From NCBI GenBank assembly GCA_005239895.1, contig SBBB01000025.1, positions 98,170-162,169 of the forward strand: DNA of 64,000 nt. The letters run 5' to 3'. The notes under the pieces are model-generated. The model did not search any database. It worked only from the letters and a program-made list of their open reading frames with translations, and had not been told where the DNA came from. This document shows positions 57,108 to 64,000 of this stretch, piece by piece. How positions within the stretch are numbered: the stretch's first letter is position 1; the number at the start of each line of letters is the position of its first letter. The stretch is from a bacterium (GTDB lineage Bacteria > Patescibacteriota > Patescibacteriia > SBBB01). The position numbers were made by a program, and so were the translations under genes.

Positions 57108-58277
57108 TTAAAATTTAAAAGTTGAAATTTCGTAAATAATTCCCACTACCACAACCGTAAATATAATCGTTCCTCCCACATAAACATACCAAGGAATAGT
57201 ATGGGTATATTTACGCTTTACACTATAATAACAAATAATAATTAAAGCCACATCAATACCTACAATAATTACACCCATAAAACGAATAATCGCCGAAAAA
57301 TTTTGAAAACCAACCAAATATAAAAAAAGTGGAACACCTGAAACTAAAACCCACGCTAAAATGTTGGGTATTTTCATATCTAAGCGCATAAGCTCTTGAA
57401 AACTTTTACCCAAAGAAATATACGATGTTAATATAGCTAAAAACCCAATCAAGCTTCCGAGTAGCATCGTGTTTCTACCAATAACCACACCCAAAGAACT
57501 AATAGCTTCACTTCCAACATTAGATCCTACAACTCCAACCATAACTAACGCAAAACCAAAATATAACACCGCGGGTATTAAGGTGCCTATGGTAATGGCT
57601 GAACGTACGGCAGTCTTGTTTTTACCCAATACCGTAATCATGTCGGGAATAACCACACTACCAGACAAAGCAAATAAAAGCACTCCGTAAGGCTCTATAT
57701 AATACGACCAATTTATTCCGCTCAAATTCTTCACTTGAATATAAGAAGCTAAAAACACGACTAAACCAATTATTAACAACACTAACGCAGCTGTTAAAAC
57801 ACTGTCCACAATTGTCTCTTTCTTGGAAGGAAACAATAATATAATCGCAACCAATGCAATTAAGAATATTTCCCAGGGAAAATTAGTTAATCCTAGATTT
57901 GCGTCAGGTTTTACAAAAAACGCCACAATATTATATAAAAACTTTGATCCCATTAAAACATAGACCAATAAAGCGCAGGAAATACTAAAAAAAGATAAAA
58001 ACCTGGCAAACAAACCAGCCTTAGTTCCTAAGTACAAATTAATATAACCTGGCATGCGATGCTTTTCGTCAGTATATAAAACAATTTCACCATAAATTAA
58101 ATGAAAAAATATCATCACAATCGTTAATAAGAATAATTCTAACGCGCCCAGCCAAAAACCAGACTTCGCAAAAGCCTGAGGAATAGCAAACATTCCAACT
58201 CCAATAATCATACCAGATAAAACCAAAACACCCTTGGTAAATTTTAAAAACTTGGCACTAAACATGGAATTTAACAT
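57108..58277 (-). CDS. Aromatic amino acid (Trp/Tyr permease family) transporter
   Basis: G.IIG.GMFAIP.AF..SG, PYGVLLFA, TSY; about 11 TMs. Confidence 0.85.
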   Translation of the reverse strand: MLNSMFSAKFLKFTKGVLVLSGMIIGVGMFAIPQAFAKSGFWLGALELFLLTIVMIFFHLIYGEIVLYTDEKHRMPGYINLYLGTKAGLFARFLSFFSISCALLVYVLMGSKFLYNIVAFFVKPDANLGLTNFPWEIFLIALVAIILLFPSKKETIVDSVLTAALVLLIIGLVVFLASYIQVKNLSGINWSYYIEPYGVLLFALSGSVVIPDMITVLGKNKTAVRSAITIGTLIPAVLYFGFALVMVGVVGSNVGSEAISSLGVVIGRNTMLLGSLIGFLAILTSYISLGKSFQELMRLDMKIPNILAWVLVSGVPLFLYLVGFQNFSAIIRFMGVIIVGIDVALIIICYYSVKRKYTHTIPWYVYVGGTIIFTVVVVGIIYEISTFKF

Positions 58278-58334
58278 ATTTTAATATAATAACATATAAA
58301 TTAGCTTTTAGCTTGCAGCTTGTAGCCGATACCA

Positions 58335-59165
58335 TTACAACCGTAACAATTTGCGAGCATTAATAGTTGTAGCTTCAATTACATCGTTTACATCCCTACC
58401 GCGTATATCCGCAACGCACTGGCTAATATATTTTAAATACAGTGGACTATTTTGTTGCCCGCGAAATGGCACTGGAGCTAAGTAGGGCGCATCGGTTTCT
58501 AAAACTAGTTTATCCAATGGTATTTTAGCCACAACATCTATAAGATCTTGAAGCGCGTTCTTTTTAAGAAATAAAAATGTCAAAATACCATTAACACCTA
58601 TTACAAATCCTAAATCTATGTACTGTTGCGCTAGACTTAAATTACCGGTAAACGAATGAATCACACCCTTAAGACCAAGCCAGTGGTTGGTTTTAGTTTT
58701 TAAAATTTCTAACATATCGTCGTGGGCGTCTCGGCAATGAACCAACACGGGCAAATTTAATTCCTGAGCTAAGCCTAACTGTTGAATAAAAATCTTTTGC
58801 TGCGCTTGACGTCCAGCCTCCTTATTTTCTAAATTCGGCAACCTATAATAATCTAAACCTATTTCACCTATTGCCCGTACATATTTATCTTTACCAATCA
58901 CTAAAGTCTTATATTTATTTACATCATACTCTTCGTATTCATAAGACGTGTCTGGAGTCTGAGACTGATAAGTATGATTAGGATGCAAACCAATCGCGGC
59001 GTACACGAATTTATATTGACCTGCTAATTCAACCGCTTGAATTGAACTATCAAAATTAATTCCAGGCACTAACAAAGATATGCCCTCTTTAGCGCACTGG
59101 GTAAGAATATCTTTTTGGTTTTTATTGTAATCTTCGAGCTGTAAATGGCAATGTGTATCAAACAT
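58335..59165 (-). CDS. tatD: TatD-family DNase
   Basis: DTHCHL, GLHP, GEIGLDY, HCRDA, HSF, ETDAPYL. Confidence 0.95.
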   Translation of the reverse strand: MFDTHCHLQLEDYNKNQKDILTQCAKEGISLLVPGINFDSSIQAVELAGQYKFVYAAIGLHPNHTYQSQTPDTSYEYEEYDVNKYKTLVIGKDKYVRAIGEIGLDYYRLPNLENKEAGRQAQQKIFIQQLGLAQELNLPVLVHCRDAHDDMLEILKTKTNHWLGLKGVIHSFTGNLSLAQQYIDLGFVIGVNGILTFLFLKKNALQDLIDVVAKIPLDKLVLETDAPYLAPVPFRGQQNSPLYLKYISQCVADIRGRDVNDVIEATTINARKLLRL

Positions 59166-59232
59166 CTTGCTAAAAAATTTAACCTATGTTATAATTAAAT
59201 ATCGTATTATTTTAACTTGATAACTTAATTCT

Positions 59233-59508
59233 ATGGCACATACTAAATCGGGTACAACTACAGGACTAGGCCGCAATTCCGCTGGACAACGACTAGGTAT
59301 TAAACTCTCTGGTGGTTCCAAGGCTAAAATTGGTAGTATCATTGTTCGTCAAAATGGTTTTAAATACCGACCAGGGTTAAATGTTAAAACTGGTAAAGAT
59401 TATACCATTTTTTCTATGGTTAATGGAATAGTTCGTTTTTCTAAAAAAAGATTTCAATACACCCTGCGCACAGTTGTAAATATAGACCCGTATCAAACTC
59501 AAAATTAA
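59233..59508 (+). CDS. rpmA: 50S ribosomal protein L27
   Basis: MAHTKSG, GR.S..QRLG.K, IIVRQ.G, G.D.TIF. Confidence 0.96.
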   Translation: MAHTKSGTTTGLGRNSAGQRLGIKLSGGSKAKIGSIIVRQNGFKYRPGLNVKTGKDYTIFSMVNGIVRFSKKRFQYTLRTVVNIDPYQTQN

Positions 59509-59539
59509 TAATCTTTTAATTGTTCGTAATTAAATAATT

Positions 59540-60133
59540 ATGAACCTTGCTAAGCATACTCAACCTGTATTAAACTTGTTGCGTTTAGTGATATGGTTAC
59601 TGCCTCTGATTATATTATATATATTGTTTTACAACCAACAAAAACCGTCGGGTTATTTAGAAGCAATTTATAACTTTCAAAAAAATCCACTAGGACTCCA
59701 AGAAGAATCACCCATCATATCTCATCTGGTTCCTAAATCCAGATTATACCCACCCAAGATTGAAAATAATTATCAATATCAAGAGTGGCACAGCGACCCC
59801 ATATATTTAGATTTAAAAATGCCACGCGTTTTTGAAACTATTGAAATTGAAATAACACATCGCAATAAATATAATATCCCTTTTAGTTTTGCTTATCAAA
59901 AATTAGCTACTACAACCTTAGAATGGGAATGGGAAGACCTGCCAAATGCCAACCCTGTCCAATCACCTACAATCGTATGGCAAAAATCAACTTTTTCCAC
60001 CAAACTACAAAACGTAAATATATCCAATCGTAAATTACGTTTTAGACTATCAGCGCCCACCTTAAAAAATAGCCATAAAACCATTGATATCAAAGAAATT
60101 AAGGTTATTTTTAAAGATAAATATGCTAAATAA
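59540..60133 (+). CDS. Membrane-anchored hypothetical protein
   Basis: 197-aa ORF with N-terminal TM. Confidence 0.7.
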   Translation: MNLAKHTQPVLNLLRLVIWLLPLIILYILFYNQQKPSGYLEAIYNFQKNPLGLQEESPIISHLVPKSRLYPPKIENNYQYQEWHSDPIYLDLKMPRVFETIEIEITHRNKYNIPFSFAYQKLATTTLEWEWEDLPNANPVQSPTIVWQKSTFSTKLQNVNISNRKLRFRLSAPTLKNSHKTIDIKEIKVIFKDKYAK

Positions 60134-60305
60134 AAAAATAACTACTATTCTAACCCGAGATATATTCCAAATTTCGTTTATTACATTTATAATTTTATTT
60201 TGGGCAGAATTACTCTATCAAGGATTCGTCAGTTCTTATATTAATTTGAGTCTGATGTTGTTTATAGTTTTAATAAGCGCTATTATGTATTTATACACAG
60301 AATAA
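60123..60305 (+). CDS. Small two-TM protein
   Basis: ATG 60123 overlaps the previous stop; hydrophobic. Confidence 0.65.
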   Translation: MLNKKITTILTRDIFQISFITFIILFWAELLYQGFVSSYINLSLMLFIVLISAIMYLYTE

Positions 60306-60478
60306 GATTTAAGATTTAAGGTTTTTTTGTCATCCTTGGTGGTAAAAAGTTAAAAGCCTTTAGATCACTAGACTCAGAGAGTCATTGAACCGCTAGATCC
60401 CGAGAGACCCTCTGAACTCTAAAGTCTGAAAGCCTGAAGGGCTAAAAGCTAAAAGCTACAAGCTAATTCTTATATAAT

Positions 60479-60931
60479 ATGGAATGTATTTTTTGTGAAA
60501 TTATTAAAGGATCAATACCTAGTCATAAAATTTGGGAAGATGACAAGCATTTAGCGTTTCTTTCTATTTTTCCCAATACCGAGGGTTTTTCAGTGGTGGC
60601 AACCAAGCCACATTATACGTCTTATGTGTTTGATTTACCTCAACAAACTTTAATTGATTTAATTCTAGCAGCTAAACAAGTAGGTAAATTATTAGACGTA
60701 AAATTAGAAGATGTGGGACGCACAGGACTAATCGCAGAGGGTTTTGGAGTTGACCATGCTCATATCAAACTATTCCCAATGCACGGCACCAAAGTGAACG
60801 AATGGAAAAAACATACATCCCCTACTAATAAATATTTTGAAAAATATGAAGGCTATATTTCATCGCATGATTCTAAAAGAGCTGACGACCAAAAACTAGC
60901 TCAATTAGCTCAAAAAATTAGAACGAAATAA
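60479..60931 (+). CDS. HIT family hydrolase
   Basis: CIFC.II.G.IP, AFLSI.P, VDHAHIKL.P. Confidence 0.9.
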   Translation: MECIFCEIIKGSIPSHKIWEDDKHLAFLSIFPNTEGFSVVATKPHYTSYVFDLPQQTLIDLILAAKQVGKLLDVKLEDVGRTGLIAEGFGVDHAHIKLFPMHGTKVNEWKKHTSPTNKYFEKYEGYISSHDSKRADDQKLAQLAQKIRTK

Positions 60932-61039
60932 AAAACTTCTAGACAATTCACAGATATAGATGTATTATATGGGTAATATAATTTTAATTTTACAAATAAA
61001 AATTAAAACTATAAACAATTAACTTTTAATTTTACAAAT

Positions 61040-61960
61040 ATGAAAATAATGACTCTTGAAAAAAATTTAACTTGGGTTGACATTGAAAACCCAGCAGAAG
61101 CTGACATTGAGTATCTAAAAACTAACTTTAATTTTCATCAATTTGTATTGGGTGAATTAACGGTTGATTTGCCTTCGTCTAAAATTGAAAAATTTAATGA
61201 TTATGTATATATAGTTTTACATATTCCAACCTTTGACAACGTGGCTAATACAACTATCCCCCATGAATTAGACGTCTTAATAACTAAAGAAGCTTTAATT
61301 ACCGTGCATCATCGCCCTATCCAAACTTTACAAGAATTTGCCGAACAACATGCCACGCCTTCAGCTGTACAAAAATGCACCTTAGACAACAGTGGAAAAC
61401 TACTTTACGATATATTAAAACATACAATGGTATTTTACTCTCGACAAATATTGCACATCAATGACAAAATCGCGGATCTTGAAAATAAAATATTTAATAG
61501 CAAAAACGGATACGCAACTCCCATAACTATATCTGTTATTAAAAGAGATGTTTTAGATTTTCGCAGAAACTTAAAACCCAAAGAACACATTTTTACAACT
61601 TTAGTAAATGATATGTCTGAATTCTTTGGTAATGACGCTAAATTATATTTCCGTGAAATCTTGCATGATTATAAAAATGTTTGGGATGTATTAGAAAATT
61701 ATAAAGCTACGATTGAATCTTTAGAAAATACTAATGACAGTATTTTATCAGCTAAAACTAATGAAGTTATTAGAACCTTAACCGTAGTCTCAACTATACT
61801 TTTTACAATTGGAACCACGCTCGCCATGTTTCATACTGGAATATTTATAGGTATACCCATATTTACGAGCGGGTGGCATAGTTTTGCCGCTTCTCTTTTT
61901 ATAATTACTACGGTAGGCGCTGTACTGGGAATTTTTTGTAAAAAGAAACAGTTATTTTAA
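61040..61960 (+). CDS. CorA-family divalent cation transporter (signature altered)
   Basis: WVDIENP, LITVH, NEVIRTLTV.S, two C-terminal TMs. Confidence 0.85.
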   Translation: MKIMTLEKNLTWVDIENPAEADIEYLKTNFNFHQFVLGELTVDLPSSKIEKFNDYVYIVLHIPTFDNVANTTIPHELDVLITKEALITVHHRPIQTLQEFAEQHATPSAVQKCTLDNSGKLLYDILKHTMVFYSRQILHINDKIADLENKIFNSKNGYATPITISVIKRDVLDFRRNLKPKEHIFTTLVNDMSEFFGNDAKLYFREILHDYKNVWDVLENYKATIESLENTNDSILSAKTNEVIRTLTVVSTILFTIGTTLAMFHTGIFIGIPIFTSGWHSFAASLFIITTVGAVLGIFCKKKQLF

Positions 61961-62796
61961 CCCTTAATAAAATTTTGGTTTTTAATTTTGAATGTAATTA
62001 CTAAAATTATAAACACTATAGTGGCGTTAAAAATTCTTTTTAAACGACGAGGTTGCCTAATTAATCTAAACAACCATTCTAATCCGATTTTTCTTAGTAT
62101 AATAGGCGCACGTTGAATATTTCCCGAAATAAAATCTAAAGAACCACCTACTCCAATCGCTAGTTTAACAGTTGGTAAATTTTTTAAATTTCTAGCAATC
62201 CATTTATTTTGTTCAATGTGATCAAAAGCCACAACTAAAACATCGGGTTGTTTTTGATTTATCATTTGCGTTAATTCTAAATCACACCCTTTCTTAGATG
62301 AACCTTCATAAATACCAACTATTTTTAATTCTGGATATAAATTAGACAGTTTGGTTGCTGTAAGTTCTCCGGACTTATTATAACTACCAAGTAAAAACAT
62401 TGAACTCCCTTTAGAAGCACAAAGTTTAGCCATATCTAATAATAAGTCAACCCCTGGTAAACGCTCCACAACTGACGCGCAATATTTGGGAAAAAATATT
62501 AAGCTAAAAAGAGTATATATGGCTTGAAAAATTATTTGGGGGTAACGAACAACCTTACAGTTAGATAACTTTAAGCTTAAATATTTTGTAGCCCATAAAA
62601 CACCAACTGTATCAGCCAAAACCAAAGAAGCCGTGTTAATTACAGACTTAAATTCTTGATCTTTTTGAGCCGCAACTATAAACTCTGAATTTAAGGTTAT
62701 AATTTGATGACTAGTTTTGTCATCCAACCATTTTTCAATAATACCAAGCGCTTCAGCTAAAATGTAAACATCTAGTTTAACACCCAACAAATACAT
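61957..62796 (-). CDS. WecB/TagA/CpsF glycosyltransferase
   Basis: ITLN.E, ERLPGVDL, GVGGSLDF.SG..RAP, GLEWLFRL..QP.R. Confidence 0.92.
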   Translation of the reverse strand: MYLLGVKLDVYILAEALGIIEKWLDDKTSHQIITLNSEFIVAAQKDQEFKSVINTASLVLADTVGVLWATKYLSLKLSNCKVVRYPQIIFQAIYTLFSLIFFPKYCASVVERLPGVDLLLDMAKLCASKGSSMFLLGSYNKSGELTATKLSNLYPELKIVGIYEGSSKKGCDLELTQMINQKQPDVLVVAFDHIEQNKWIARNLKNLPTVKLAIGVGGSLDFISGNIQRAPIILRKIGLEWLFRLIRQPRRLKRIFNATIVFIILVITFKIKNQNFIKG

Positions 62797-62797
62797 A

Positions 62798-64000
62798 TTA
62801 TTTTAAGAGTTCCAAAGCCTTGTCCATTTGAGGATCGATTTCTTTCTCAACATCTTGAGGTGTAATTTCAATTTCAATATCTGGTTTGATTCCATCTTTA
62901 TCAATAGAACGACCCAAAGGTGTAAGCCATTTAGCAATAGTTAATTTAACTGCTGATATATTATCGGACAAAGTTTTTAATTCCTGTACAGAACCTTTTC
63001 CAAAAGTACGATTGCCAACAATAGTAGCTTTTTTATAATCTTGTAAGGCTCCGGACACAATTTCTGAAGCGCTCGCGCTACCACGATTTACCAAAACTAT
63101 TGTTTTTACATCTTTTAATAAAGCTTTATTTTTACTACGATAATCTTTTTTATTCTGCTTATCATTATTGCGAACTTCGCTAACTATAATATTTTTATCA
63201 ATCCAGTATCCAGCTATATCCACTGAACCCTCTAAATAACCACCAGGATTATTTCTTAAATCTAAAATCATCTTTTGTTTATTATTTGCTAACAACTTAA
63301 CAACTTCCGACTGAAAATTTTTCACCGTATCATCTCCAAATTGATTTATTTTAATATAAGCTATCTTGCGTTTTTCAACCAAATTAGCGTAGGTTTTATT
63401 TTTAATCAGAGTTGAAACACTCAAAACATTTATCACATCTCGCACTATAGTTACGTCTTTAGGATAAATATCTACTTTGGATGGAGTGGTTTTTTTTATT
63501 ACTTTTTTCTGTGTATCGGTTTTAGGGTTCACAACCTTACTAGTAACAACCATCTCTCGAAAAATACTTAAAGTAACTGGAGTTTTTTGCTTTCCGCGTA
63601 TTAAACTAACTGCTGTGTGTAAGGGCATATCCAGAGTCTCTTTTTTGTCAATAGCCAAAATTCTATCCCCAGCTTGCAAGCCAGCTTTTTCAGCGGGAGT
63701 ACCTTCTAAGGGAGCTATAACAGTTAAAAAACCATCCTTTATTCCAATTTCAATACCTATGCCACTAAACGTACCACTCAACTCTTCTTGAAAACGTCGC
63801 ATAACTTCTGGACTTAAATAAACTGAATGAGGATCTTCTAAGCTACTAACCAAACCGCCCAAGCTTCCATAAAATAATTTTTGATCAATAGATCCATCTT
63901 TTGCAAATTGATTAGCATGCTCTTTCTTTAATAAAGACCATAGTTCCCAAAATAGATTAAAATCTATTTCTGAATCTAATCCTTCGGGCACTACGTCCAC
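62798..64000 (-). CDS. ctpA: C-terminal processing peptidase (S41), 5' end beyond window
   Basis: GIGIEI PDZ, DLRNNPGG, SASASEI, TFGKGSVQ. Confidence 0.93.
   Translation of the reverse strand: MDVVPEGLDSEIDFNLFWELWSLLKKEHANQFAKDGSIDQKLFYGSLGGLVSSLEDPHSVYLSPEVMRRFQEELSGTFSGIGIEIGIKDGFLTVIAPLEGTPAEKAGLQAGDRILAIDKKETLDMPLHTAVSLIRGKQKTPVTLSIFREMVVTSKVVNPKTDTQKKVIKKTTPSKVDIYPKDVTIVRDVINVLSVSTLIKNKTYANLVEKRKIAYIKINQFGDDTVKNFQSEVVKLLANNKQKMILDLRNNPGGYLEGSVDIAGYWIDKNIIVSEVRNNDKQNKKDYRSKNKALLKDVKTIVLVNRGSASASEIVSGALQDYKKATIVGNRTFGKGSVQELKTLSDNISAVKLTIAKWLTPLGRSIDKDGIKPDIEIEITPQDVEKEIDPQMDKALELLK

Noticed and set aside
60755-60790. HIT motif variant HAHIK
   Set aside because: Appears to be an ordinary subfamily variant; nothing else unusual.

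Overview
AT-rich chromosomal segment read with the standard bacterial code. Gene content and style point to a Patescibacteria/CPR (Parcubacteria or ABY1-like) genome; this is an inference from the DUF87/TraG pair, TSP3-repeat surface proteins, helicase-degenerate PriA and SD-less core genes. Housekeeping genes: UvrD-family helicase, smpB-ssrA-infC-rpmI-rplT, tmk, ftsA, ybeY, gatA, rplJ-rplL, fmt-def-priA-ruvB, thyX, xth, ilvE, mraZ-rsmH-ftsL-ftsI, murJ, tatD, rpmA, HIT, corA, tagA, ctpA and three tRNAs. These are interleaved with a fragmented liv ABC operon, small self-contained orphan genes and several families of palindromic or short-period repeats. Most notable: (1) the smpB stop codon lies inside the mature tmRNA 5' end, with a consensus promoter inside smpB, suggesting trans-translation feedback on SmpB; (2) a RAYT-like Y1 transposase carries a copy of a genome-wide covarying hairpin family inside its own coding sequence; (3) long inverted arms built from 7-8-mer repeats enclose whole genes within operons; (4) a three-gene cysteine-rich extracytoplasmic redox-like cluster; (5) an orphaned branched-chain amino acid attenuator behind ilvE. 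All calls come from reading the sequence; no searches were run.
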